A stretch of DNA of 64,000 nt from an uncultured bacterium (GTDB lineage Bacteria > Fermentibacterota > Fermentibacteria > Fermentibacterales > JCC-6): the NCBI GenBank assembly GCA_964423505.1, contig CAYREX010000001.1:100861-164860 (forward strand). Direction: 5' to 3'. The notes below the pieces were generated by a model. The model saw only the letters and a program-made list of their open reading frames with translations, made no database searches and was not told the origin of the DNA. The translations under genes were made by a program, and so were the position numbers. Positions 1 to 10,767 of this stretch are shown one piece after another; position 1 is the stretch's first letter, and every line of letters begins with the position of its first letter.

Positions 1-1
1 G

Positions 2-385
2 GAGGAGATCGTCCCGGGCGTCAGCGTCTCCGGGTGCATGACCGCCCGGTACGGGGATGGCAGCCTGGTGGAGCGGGCGCTGGTCCTGGATACCGGGAAA
101 GGTGTATCGGTAATCACCGGCTGCGCTCATCCGGGGATAGCCACCGTCGTCGAGAGCGTGAGGGCCGCTCTTCCCGGCAGGCCCCTGCACGCCGTAATGG
201 GCGGCTTCCACCTGAGGAGCAGCTCCGAAGGGGAGCTGCGGGACGTTATGGACCGCCTGGAGGCCGCCGGGGTACGACTGGTGGCGCCGATGCACTGCAC
301 CGGCCCCCGGGCCACCGAGGCCCTCATCGAGCGATTCGGAGACGGGGTTGTCATCCTTGGCGCCGGTGAGTGTCTGGAGCTCTGA
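2..385 (+). CDS. MBL-fold metallo-hydrolase, C-terminal part (gene begins upstream of window)
   Basis: Frame open from window edge; motifs ITGCAHPGI, GGFHL, PMHCTG typical of beta-lactamase-fold metal-binding clusters (COG1237-like). Confidence 0.6.
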   Translation, partial: EEIVPGVSVSGCMTARYGDGSLVERALVLDTGKGVSVITGCAHPGIATVVESVRAALPGRPLHAVMGGFHLRSSSEGELRDVMDRLEAAGVRLVAPMHCTGPRATEALIERFGDGVVILGAGECLEL

Positions 386-393
386 CCGGCTCG

Positions 394-2223
394 TTACCGG
401 CCGGGCAGCTCCTGGAGGGTGGTGAAGGCGCAGCGCTCCCGGAGGCCGTCGCCCCGCAGCAGGCAGGTGTACCTCCCGGCGGGGAAGCTGCCCAGCGGCA
501 CGACCGTCCGGCCCGGCCCGCTGCTCACCGGGCCGATGGTCGCCGCCAGGCGACCGGCGGTGTCGTATACCGAGAGGGTCACCTCCAGCCCGGCCGGGGC
601 CCGGAAGAGCGCCGTGACCTCTCCGGAGGAAGGGCTGGGACCGACCAGTAGACCCTCCCCCTCCAGCAGGGGCGCCATCGCGGTGCCTATGCCCATCCCC
701 AGCCAGCCGACCTCGACCGCATCGACCCTCGGCGTGACGGAGGGGTCCTCGGTGGTCATCAGGAGGCGGTACTGGATGTAGCTGTCCCCCCGCTCGAGCA
801 CGCCGGAGACAATTCCGGGGAAGCCGAGGGTGTCCGACCAGGCGCCCATCTCCTGCCAGTCGTCGGATGACCTGAGCAGGAAGGAGACCGATGTGCCGGG
901 AGGCATGTCGGCTGCGCAGTCGAGGTAGACGTACTCCGGGTCGCCGCCTGCGTAGAGCAACGACGAGGTGAGCGCGCCCACCGCCGGATAACCGTCGACC
1001 AGGTCGAACCAACGGACCAGGTCCCTGTAGCAGTATCCGCCGGCCATCTCGTCGATGCCGTCTCCGTCGACGTCCCCGCAGTCGAGGTCTGTGGCGTGGA
1101 AGTAATGCTCGACGACGTGACGCTCCCAGGGGGTGGCGGAGCCGGTGTTCTCCCACCACTCGACCTGGTTCGGGTCCACCGCGATGGAGGCGATGTCCAG
1201 GTCTCCGTCTCCGTCCAGGTCGGCCAGGTCCATGGCGTCGCAGCCCTTCAGGTCGGGGGCGATGTCGTGCCTCAGCCATTCGCCGCCGGTGGCGCCCGGG
1301 TTCTCCCACCAGGCGAGAGTGTCCCACATGCCGACGAGGACCACGTCGACATCGCCGTCGCCGTCGATATCGCCCGACCTGATGTCGGTGACGTCCACCG
1401 GACAGCCCGGAAGCGGGTGCTCGACCCACTCGACCACCGGGCCCTCGTCCAGCCTGTTCTCCCACCACCAGGTCTGCCCGTAGCCGGCCGAGGTCAGCAC
1501 GTCCAGGTCCCCGTCGCCGTCAAGGTCGTCCGCGTGTACGCACGAGGGGCGGTGCATTCCGCTGCCGATGGGTCTCCGGGTCCACTGGTCTCCGTAGCCG
1601 GAGGTGTTCTCGAACCAGAGCACGAGACCGTCGTCCCAGGATATGGTCACGATGTCCGGGTCGCCGTCGCCGTCCGGGTCGCCCACCCTGACGCACTGCG
1701 GATCGCCGACCGAGCCGACGTGCCTGTACGACCAGCTCCCGCCTGGGCCGGCGGGATTCTCGAACCAGCCGACCCGGTTGGTGGTGGCCGAGGTGCAGAC
1801 GAGATCGGGGTCGCCGTCCCCGTCCATGTCGCCATCCTGCAACGAGTATGCGTAGGCGAAGGTGCGGGTGACGTACTCGACCTCCCACTGGGTACCCGCT
1901 CCGTCCAGGTTCTCCCACCAGGCGATATCGCCTTCCAGGCTTGTTGCGGCTACGTCCCCGTCGCCGTCTCCGTCCAGGTCGGCCACCAGTACCCTGTATA
2001 CGCCGAAGTCGGTGTCGACGTCGTGGTCCGCGGCGCCGTGGTGCAGACCTACGGTGCCGGGGGCTCCGAGACAGTCCACCCCGCTGTCCGAGCTGAACTC
2101 GTCCCCCCATTCCCGGACGGGCCACTCCATGTAGGGGCCGCCGGACCAGTCCGACTGCTCGAAGGTGCCGGCTATTGCGGTGCCGCAGAGGAGCAGGATG
2201 GTCAGACGCATCGATCGTGCCAT
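394..2223 (-). CDS. FG-GAP/VCBS-repeat secreted protein with T9SS (Por_Secre_tail) C-terminal sorting domain
   Basis: Signal peptide MARSMRLTILLLCGTAIAG; at least 7 repeats of DxDGDGDxD...WWEN/WFEN (FG-GAP-like calcium-binding); C-terminus LLVGPSPSSGEVTALF...LSVYDTAGRL...GRYTCLL matches T9SS CTD pattern; SD GGAGGT upstream of ATG at 2223. Confidence 0.8.
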   Translation of the reverse strand: MARSMRLTILLLCGTAIAGTFEQSDWSGGPYMEWPVREWGDEFSSDSGVDCLGAPGTVGLHHGAADHDVDTDFGVYRVLVADLDGDGDGDVAATSLEGDIAWWENLDGAGTQWEVEYVTRTFAYAYSLQDGDMDGDGDPDLVCTSATTNRVGWFENPAGPGGSWSYRHVGSVGDPQCVRVGDPDGDGDPDIVTISWDDGLVLWFENTSGYGDQWTRRPIGSGMHRPSCVHADDLDGDGDLDVLTSAGYGQTWWWENRLDEGPVVEWVEHPLPGCPVDVTDIRSGDIDGDGDVDVVLVGMWDTLAWWENPGATGGEWLRHDIAPDLKGCDAMDLADLDGDGDLDIASIAVDPNQVEWWENTGSATPWERHVVEHYFHATDLDCGDVDGDGIDEMAGGYCYRDLVRWFDLVDGYPAVGALTSSLLYAGGDPEYVYLDCAADMPPGTSVSFLLRSSDDWQEMGAWSDTLGFPGIVSGVLERGDSYIQYRLLMTTEDPSVTPRVDAVEVGWLGMGIGTAMAPLLEGEGLLVGPSPSSGEVTALFRAPAGLEVTLSVYDTAGRLAATIGPVSSGPGRTVVPLGSFPAGRYTCLLRGDGLRERCAFTTLQELPGR

Positions 2224-2364
2224 GAGGACCTCCGGGATGGATGTAGCTGTTTGATGGTCACATGCGGAGGTCCAGTCAACCCTGAGCCGGCGCGCCGAGG
2301 GCCCCGGGGCGATTGTCCCGAAGCCGGGAGGCGTATAGATTGAAGGCGGCGGGAGGAGGAGAGC

Positions 2365-3051
2365 ATGGCGCATCGAATGAAGGCCCTGGCTCTGGCGGCC
2401 GCCGCGGCCGCAATCGCCATGGCGGGAGAGCCGGACGGCCGGGTGACGGGCTTCGGCGGATACATGGGGGAGCTTCGGGAGAACCTCTCCTACAGCGACT
2501 CCGGTGACTGGTACGGGGTGACAGTGACACTGCCGGAGGTGGCCGCCGGCTTCCCGGGCATGGCGGCCGGGCTCGCCGCCTACGCCGACACGCTGCTGAC
2601 CTCCTTCTACTTCGGCCTGCCCGGGGAGGGGGAGGAGCCGGTGGCCCCCTACGCCCTGGAGCTGTACGTCTCTCACGAGCCCTCCCCGGAGGGGATGGTC
2701 TGCCTCATGGCGTACGTCTACGTCTACGCAGGCGGCGCCCACGGCATGAACTGGAGCCGCTCCTGGGTCTTCGACCCCGGCGACTCACTCTTCGTCGACC
2801 CTGTATCCCTCCTGGGCGACTCAACCGCCTTCGCCGCGTTCGCCGGACAGGTGAGGGACAGCCTGCTGGCCAGGCTCGACTCCGACAGCTCCTGGATAGT
2901 CAGGGGCACGTTGCCGAAGAGGGGCAACTACGAGGCGCTTCTCCCGGTGCCGGACTCCTCCGGCGGCATCGGCGGCTTCAGGGTGGAGCTGGCTCCCTAC
3001 CAGGTCGCCCCCTACGTGTCGGGGTCATCGGAGGTGGTGGTCAGGTACTGA
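2365..3051 (+). CDS. DUF3298/DUF4163-like secreted protein (RsiV/PdaC-like fold)
   Basis: Signal peptide MKALALAAAAAAIAMAG; YAGGAHG motif characteristic of DUF3298; strong SD GGAGGAGG 6 nt upstream. Confidence 0.55.
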   Translation: MAHRMKALALAAAAAAIAMAGEPDGRVTGFGGYMGELRENLSYSDSGDWYGVTVTLPEVAAGFPGMAAGLAAYADTLLTSFYFGLPGEGEEPVAPYALELYVSHEPSPEGMVCLMAYVYVYAGGAHGMNWSRSWVFDPGDSLFVDPVSLLGDSTAFAAFAGQVRDSLLARLDSDSSWIVRGTLPKRGNYEALLPVPDSSGGIGGFRVELAPYQVAPYVSGSSEVVVRY

Positions 3052-3087
3052 GCCGCCGGCCTACCCGGAGCCTTTCCGCCCTACCCC

Positions 3088-5124
<2,037 letters not shown>

Positions 5125-5224
5125 GCATCCTCCGATCGGGAGAGGGCGGTCCGGCGTGGGCGCCACCGCCTCGGTCCGAATATAGCCTTACGGTCCGTGG
5201 AAGTGCCCGGAGGGCGGGCCCGCC

Positions 5225-7459
5225 TCAGTCAACCGCCGGAGCGTCCGTCTCCCGCAGCACCTTCCCGAGCGCCAGCTCCAGCTCGCCGCGGTCGAAGGGC
5301 TTCTGGAGGAAGGCGCCGGGCATCTCGTCACGGAAATGGCTCATGCTCTCCCGGGAGCTGAAGCCGCTCATCAGGACAACCGGGGCGGTGCATCCAGTCT
5401 CCCGGAGCCCGACGAACACCTGGCTTCCCATCATCTCCGGCATGGTCATGTCCAGGAGGATGCAGTCCGGCTCGAACCCCCTTCGCAGGTCATCGAGGAG
5501 GGATGGGCCGGAGCGGTAGGCGCTGACCCGGTGCCCGAGCGTCTCCAGCATGGAGCCGGTGACCTCGAGTACCATCTCCTCGTCGTCGACCAGCGCCACG
5601 TCCAGCCCGCCGCCCGGCGCTTCCGGTCCGGTCTCGCCTTCATCCGGCCCGGCGGTTCGGGAGGTCGCCGGCAGCACGAGGGTCATGACGGTCCCCTCGC
5701 CCGGCCGGCTCACCGCCTCGATGGTGCCTCCGATGGCCTCCACCGAGCCCTTGATGACCGAGAGGCCCATCCCCCTGCCGGCCCTCTTCGTGGAGAAGAA
5801 CGGGTCGAACACCCGGGGCATGTGCTCGCCGGATATCCCGGGGCCGTCGTCCTCCACGCTGACGACCACGGAGCCGGCGCCGCTCCCGGTCGAGCCGGGG
5901 AGATGGCCGGTGGAGACCGTGACCGTCCCCCTTCCCTCCATTGCCTCCATGGAGTTCACCACCAGGCTGATGACCCAGTTCTTGAGCTGCAGCGGGTCGA
6001 GGCATACCCGGGGCAGCCCCTCGGCGGGCTCCCACCCGATCCTGACGTCCTCCTCCATGGGCGCTATGAAGGGGACCACCTCCCGGACTGCCTCGTTCAC
6101 GTCCACCAGCTCCCTGTTCATGGAGGCGTGCCCCCCGAACGCCAGCATCTGCCTGCAGAGCTGGGTAGCCTCCTCGACGGCCCTGCGGATGCGCTCCACC
6201 GACCGCATGGTGCCGCTGTCCCCGCTTATACCCTCGATGCTGCCGAGTATGGCGTGGAGGCTGTTGTTGAAGTCGTGGGCTATGCCGGCGGTCAGGATGC
6301 CGAGGCTCTCGTACTTCTGCATCCTGGCGGTCCTGGCGTCCATCTCGAGCTGCATGTTCCGCCTCTGGACCGACATGAGCTCGCCGAGGACGGCGTTCCG
6401 ACGGGACGACAGGCGCTCGCCCACCTTCAGCGCCCTCTCCATATGCTCGAAGACGCCGTCCTGGTCGCCCCTTTCCCGGGCCATCCTGGCTCTCATCCTC
6501 GCCAGCTTCTGGTGGCTGGCCAGGCCCACCTCCCTCTCCTCCAGGAACTCGCCCAGGCTCTCGAGCATGGACTCCGCCTCGGTCAGCATCCCCAGCTTCA
6601 TGTAGAGCTCGAAGGCCAGGGTGAGGACCTCGCAGCGGGCGTAGTTGTAGCAGTCATCGCCTGCCAGCTCCAGCCCCCGGCTGACGAGGGAGAGCGCCTC
6701 CTCCCTCCCGGTCCCGGGGTCCAGCGAGTCGGCGAGGTAGCAGCCCACCAGGGCGAGCTTGTACATGGCCCCGACGCTCTCCTGCGCCTCCATGCCCCGC
6801 CTCAGGTAGGGTACGGCCTCCCGAGGCCTCCCGTCGGTGTAGAGGGCGATACCGATGTTGGAGAGATTGTCCGCGATGCCGAACTGGTGGTCGATCTCCC
6901 TGTTGATGGAGAGCGCGTGCCGGAAGGACTCGACGGCGGCGTCGCAGTCGCCTATCTGCATCTGGAGCAGGCCGGTGTTGCTCCTCACGACCGACTCTAT
7001 CTCCCTCGCGCCGATGGCCACCGCTACCTCCAGGCCCCTGGCGTAGGCCTTTGCCGCCAGGTCGTAGAGGTCCAGGTTCACGTAGGACTGGCCGAGCCAG
7101 TTGTATGCGTTCCCGAGGACCCTGCCGTCGCTCCCCTCGAGCAGGGTCACGCACTTCCTCAGGTAGTCGATGGAGTCGAGGCTGCGGCTCTGCTCACAGA
7201 GGATGGCGCCCATGGTCATGTGGGCCCTGGCGATGAGCTCCTCGTCGCCGGCGGCCACGGCTGCATCGATTGAGCGGCGGAAGGCCGCCTCCGCCTCGGA
7301 GAACCTGTTCAGCCTCCACAGGCAGCGGCCCTCCAGGTAGAGAGCCCTGTAGGGGGGCGGGTCCGGGACGCTTCCGAGAAGCTCCAGGGCCCCTTCGAAA
7401 TCGCCCTCGACGCAGAGGGCCTCGGCTCTGTCCAGCAGTCCTCCGACTGTATTCATCAT
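5225..7459 (-). CDS. Hybrid sensor histidine kinase with N-terminal TPR repeats and C-terminal receiver domain
   Basis: TPR-like repeats in N-terminal 330 aa; HisKA H-box IAHDFNNSL; HATPase G-box GRGMGLSVIKG; receiver with VALVDDEE...LLDMTMPEMMG; ORF-track start at 7495 is TTG, ATG at 7459 preferred. Confidence 0.8.
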   Translation of the reverse strand: MMNTVGGLLDRAEALCVEGDFEGALELLGSVPDPPPYRALYLEGRCLWRLNRFSEAEAAFRRSIDAAVAAGDEELIARAHMTMGAILCEQSRSLDSIDYLRKCVTLLEGSDGRVLGNAYNWLGQSYVNLDLYDLAAKAYARGLEVAVAIGAREIESVVRSNTGLLQMQIGDCDAAVESFRHALSINREIDHQFGIADNLSNIGIALYTDGRPREAVPYLRRGMEAQESVGAMYKLALVGCYLADSLDPGTGREEALSLVSRGLELAGDDCYNYARCEVLTLAFELYMKLGMLTEAESMLESLGEFLEEREVGLASHQKLARMRARMARERGDQDGVFEHMERALKVGERLSSRRNAVLGELMSVQRRNMQLEMDARTARMQKYESLGILTAGIAHDFNNSLHAILGSIEGISGDSGTMRSVERIRRAVEEATQLCRQMLAFGGHASMNRELVDVNEAVREVVPFIAPMEEDVRIGWEPAEGLPRVCLDPLQLKNWVISLVVNSMEAMEGRGTVTVSTGHLPGSTGSGAGSVVVSVEDDGPGISGEHMPRVFDPFFSTKRAGRGMGLSVIKGSVEAIGGTIEAVSRPGEGTVMTLVLPATSRTAGPDEGETGPEAPGGGLDVALVDDEEMVLEVTGSMLETLGHRVSAYRSGPSLLDDLRRGFEPDCILLDMTMPEMMGSQVFVGLRETGCTAPVVLMSGFSSRESMSHFRDEMPGAFLQKPFDRGELELALGKVLRETDAPAVD

Positions 7460-7624
7460 GGGTATCTCAATAATGTAATCCGTCCATACGGGCAACCGCC
7501 GGGGGCATACCGCCGGAAGGTGGGAGCGGGGCCGGGCGGCGGAGTCGCGGCGCCGACTGACGAGGAGGGCGCCCCCGGCCGGGGGCGCCCATTGCTGCTC
7601 AGAGCTTCCTCTGGTGGCGTCCGG

Positions 7625-8266
7625 CTAGAAGGAGGTCTTGATGTCGGCCCAGGTGGAGCGCTGCACCGGTACCCCGTAGTTGTAGTGGACGGTTCCGTTC
7701 CACTCGCGGTAGGAGAAGACGCTGCCCGGAGGGAAACCCTCGGCGAGGCCCCTGTAGGTGGTTATCTCCAGGTCGGAGTTGTTGTAGGTGGTCGGCCCGC
7801 CGTTGGTGTAGTAGAACCCGCCGGTGCCGCTGACCGCCTCCTCCGCGGTGATGATGATGCCGATGACGTCGCCGGTGCTCATCTGGAGCCCGCCCACGTC
7901 TATGTGGGTAGGGTTGTTGATGCCCTGGCCGACGACGCTGTCGACGCCGAGCTCGGTCCAGCCGCTGGCGTTCTGCTCGAACCCGTTGGCGGTGCCCTCC
8001 CGCCAGTAGACGTGGACCGTCCAGAGTGAGACTTCGGTGCCGAGGTTCACGTCCCAGCCGACAACCGTGAGGTCGGTCAGGGCCTCCAGGTCGAAGGAGT
8101 TGCCGGCGTAGTTGTTGTTCTGGTTGAACTGCGTCGTGAGATAGGCCTGGCCGGTGGTATCCACCTCTGCGGGAATCGTGAGCGCCGGCGAGCCCCAGGC
8201 GCCGCTGTCCGGCAGAGCCATGGCCGCTGCGGCGAATGCCATGAGGACGAGAGCGAGCTTGAACAC
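7625..8266 (-). CDS. Secreted hypothetical protein, member A of the C-terminal TWxxIKxxF family
   Basis: GTG start with GGGGG SD; signal peptide MFKLALVLMAFAAAAMA; ends ...GVPVQRSTWADIKTSF-COOH. Confidence 0.6.
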   Translation of the reverse strand: MFKLALVLMAFAAAAMALPDSGAWGSPALTIPAEVDTTGQAYLTTQFNQNNNYAGNSFDLEALTDLTVVGWDVNLGTEVSLWTVHVYWREGTANGFEQNASGWTELGVDSVVGQGINNPTHIDVGGLQMSTGDVIGIIITAEEAVSGTGGFYYTNGGPTTYNNSDLEITTYRGLAEGFPPGSVFSYREWNGTVHYNYGVPVQRSTWADIKTSF

Positions 8267-8439
8267 GGAGAACCCCCTTCGTCTGTGCGAGACCGCGGGC
8301 CTCTGCCGATGTGCCGTGGACCCTTCGGTCTCACGTAACCCCTGAGAACATGACGACCGATACCTCTATACGCAGGGGCACCATGGGTTGTCAATGTCGG
8401 GTGGCCCGCCGCGGCGCTGCCGGCGTTGCCCCGCCAGGC

Positions 8440-8543
8440 GGGCTTGCGCACTGCAGATATATTGTCTATATTTGCTTTTAGTAGTTTTATATAGTTCATG
8501 TATTGAAGCGATACTGGAATTTCAGGCATGGAAGGAAGAAACG
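8440..8543. promoter_or_regulatory. AT-rich intergenic island (divergent promoter region)
   Basis: Run cagatatattgtctatatttgcttttagtagttttatatagttcatgtattgaag in a 70% GC background, immediately upstream of the 8544 CDS with SD GGAAGGA. Confidence 0.4.
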
Positions 8544-8786
8544 ATGCTCAGAAAGCAGCAGAAGCGTCTCGAGGGAATGGCGGAGAGCGGCATGACGGAC
8601 CTCGACAGGCTCAGGAGAGCCGAGGACAGGCTGGAGAAGCTGCGGAGCGAGCTGGCCACGCTGGACGGCGACCTGAGAGACATGGCCGAGGAGATGGGCG
8701 TCAGGGCGAACTCCAGGGGCTCCCTCCAGGACAACGGACTCTCGGGCGGTACCGGGGAGAGGCTCGAGGGTTCCGGCGAGCGGTAG
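8544..8786 (+). CDS. Small coiled-coil hypothetical protein (80 aa)
   Basis: ATG preceded by GGAAGGAAG SD; heptad-like charged sequence LRRAEDRLEKLRSELATLDGDLRDMAEEM. Confidence 0.45.
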   Translation: MLRKQQKRLEGMAESGMTDLDRLRRAEDRLEKLRSELATLDGDLRDMAEEMGVRANSRGSLQDNGLSGGTGERLEGSGER

Positions 8787-8871
8787 GAGACGCAAGGGGC
8801 CTGGCGCGGGTACGGCGCGGCAACCACATCGAGCGGAAGGGGGATAGGCTCAGACGGCGGAGAGGCACGAC

Positions 8872-9543
8872 ATGGCAGACATGAAGGCGTTCTTGATGAA
8901 GAGGATAGGCGAGGTCGGCTTCGTGGAGAAGGAGATGCCCGCCGCCCCCGGTCCCAACGAGGCGACAGTGCGGACCACGGCCGCGCTCGTATGCACCTCG
9001 GACACCCACACGGTCTCGGGGGCCATAGGGCCCAGGGAGAACCTGACCCTCGGCCACGAGGCGGTTGGGATCGTGGAGGAGCTCGGCAGCGCGGTCAAGG
9101 GCTTCGAGCCGGGGGAGAGGGTTGCCGTCAACGCGATCACCCCCGACTTCATCTGCAGCAACTGCCAGAGGGGCTACCCCTCCCAGTAGGGCGTCGACTC
9201 CGCAATCGAGTCGCTGGGCGCCCAGGCCACCTTCGAGGCATGCGTGGCGGTCACCAGGCCGGGCGGCACCATCTCGAACATCGGCTACCACGGGGAGGGT
9301 GAGTACGTCGGGATACCCAGGGCCGAGTGGGGGGTGGGCATGTCCGACAAGACTATAAGGACCGCACTCTGTCCCGGTGGCAGCCAGCGGATGGAGAGGC
9401 TGTTCAGGCTGATGAGCAGGGGAAGGGTCGACCCGACGCCGATGACCACCCACCGGATGCCCTTCGAGGACATCGAGAGGGCATTCCTGATGATGAGGGA
9501 CAAGACAGACGACATCATCAAGCCCCTCATCACGTTCGGATAG
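8872..9543 (+). pseudogene. Zn-dependent secondary alcohol dehydrogenase (TbADH-like) remnant: in-frame TAG plus about 140-aa internal deletion
   Basis: N-part 8872-9189 (GHEAVGIVEELG, structural-Zn loop CSNCQRGY) and C-part 9190-9543 (GVDSAIESLG...KPGGTISNIGYHGEGE...LCPGGSQRMERL...DIIKPLITFG) are in the same frame, separated only by TAG at 9187-9189; the Rossmann GxGxxG region is absent. Confidence 0.65.
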
Positions 9544-9579
9544 GCTGAGGCGCAAGCGGGCTCGGCCGGGGCCGCGCCC

Positions 9580-10767
9580 TCACCCGGCGGGTGCCAGCTC
9601 CAGGTAGCCCTTCGGCGCCAGCGCGGTCGCCAGCATGATGGAGCTTATGTCCCGGTGAGCGCTCCAACCCGGGAGGCTTCGGCTCTCCGGGGCGCTCCAG
9701 TAGCGCACCACGTCCTCTCCGAGCTGCATCCTGTCGGCCAGCCCTGCCAGCAGGTCACCGGAGCGGGCGACCCCGGGCGAGCCGTCACCAGCGTCGGGGC
9801 AGAGCTCCTCCATGATGGCCACGCCGGAGAGGCCGATTGCCAGGCCCAGCTCCCTGAAGGCCAGACGCTCGCCACGCCCCGGAGCGAAAGACCCGCCGGG
9901 CGCCATCCTCTCCAGCCCGTTCCCGGCGGCGCGGAGCAGCGCCGGAAGGAGCCCGTCCGTTCCCTCAAGCCCCTCCCGGCGGAGCTGGCAGACCGTGGCG
10001 GCGGCGGTCAGCAGGCCGCCCACCCCCAGCGGGTCGGTGGTCTCCAGGGGAGCTCCCTCCACCATACCGGCGTAGGTTGCTGCCCACTGCTCCATCAGGG
10101 AGCGGCCGGGCGAGCCCGGCCCTTCCAGCGACCTCGCGGTGGACGCCAGCTGCAGGCATGTCACCAGCCCGTCCACCGGGTCGTGCTGTCCCATTGATGG
10201 CACCAGCGGGTACGAGAGGTCGGTGCTGAGCTTCCAGAACATGGCAGCGGCACCGCCCGCCGTCCTGAAGACGAAAGCCCTCCCGGCCCGGTCCATCAGC
10301 TCCCTGGACCAGGAGCGGTACTTCTCCTCTGCCGTGCGGCGGGCGACGGCATCGAGCGCATGGGCCCACCTGGAGAGGTAGTGGAAGTACTGACCGTCCC
10401 TCTCCCATTCCAGCATCGGGTCGTACCGCCCGCTCTCCGGCCGCTCCGGCAGACGCTTGCCTATCCTGAGCCCGCCCGCGGTAGGTCGAGCCTCCCCCTC
10501 TCCTTCCGGCAGACCGCTTATCCAGCCGGACCTGTGATCGTCCTCCCGGTACCTCCCCAGCGTGTGGTGTACCTGGTCCACGAGCGAAACGGCCCGCTGC
10601 AGCAGGGAGGGATCCTCCATGGCCTCCGACAGGCCGAGGAGGTTGCATACGGCGAAGGCGTCCGTCCATAGGTAGCGGCGGGGCGGGAGGTCAGAGGTCA
10701 GCCCGGTCTCCCGCATGAACCGCTCCATCAGCTCCGCGGCCCTCTCCAGGCGCTCCACTCCGGTCAT
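9580..10767 (-). CDS. Hypothetical protein (possibly alpha/alpha-barrel glycosidase-like); co-operonic with flavoprotein
   Basis: 395-aa ORF with consistent codon usage; ATG overlaps stop of upstream gene (ATGA at 10764-10767); motifs YLWTDAFAVCNLLGL, GQYFHYLSRWAHAL; no confident family assignment. Confidence 0.5.
   Translation of the reverse strand: MTGVERLERAAELMERFMRETGLTSDLPPRRYLWTDAFAVCNLLGLSEAMEDPSLLQRAVSLVDQVHHTLGRYREDDHRSGWISGLPEGEGEARPTAGGLRIGKRLPERPESGRYDPMLEWERDGQYFHYLSRWAHALDAVARRTAEEKYRSWSRELMDRAGRAFVFRTAGGAAAMFWKLSTDLSYPLVPSMGQHDPVDGLVTCLQLASTARSLEGPGSPGRSLMEQWAATYAGMVEGAPLETTDPLGVGGLLTAAATVCQLRREGLEGTDGLLPALLRAAGNGLERMAPGGSFAPGRGERLAFRELGLAIGLSGVAIMEELCPDAGDGSPGVARSGDLLAGLADRMQLGEDVVRYWSAPESRSLPGWSAHRDISSIMLATALAPKGYLELAPAG

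Noticed and set aside
1096-2343. Long plus-strand ORF (415 aa) antisense to the FG-GAP gene. Similar antisense ORFs occur at 3217-5361, 5336-7273, 17427-19028, 20196-22406, 57561-60155 and 60442-62658.
   Set aside because: They are typical high-GC antisense shadow ORFs. Their products are Arg/Pro/Gly-rich and low-complexity, lack motifs, and fully overlap well-supported genes on the other strand.
7625-8266. Interpreting the ...IKxxF-COOH tail as an outer-membrane beta-barrel beta-signal
   Set aside because: The hydrophobic positions do not alternate (-2 and -5 are hydrophobic, -3 is polar). The proteins are about 200 aa and lack barrel-like amphipathic strand periodicity.
9187-9189. TAG inside the ADH frame as possible pyrrolysine recoding or read-through
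   Set aside because: The whole cofactor-binding domain is missing at exactly that point, so the protein would be non-functional regardless. There is no pyl gene context. A pseudogene is the simpler explanation.
8701-9555. Minus-strand 284-aa ORF overlapping the ADH remnant
   Set aside because: It is antisense to clear ADH homology, and its product is low-complexity and Arg/Pro-rich.
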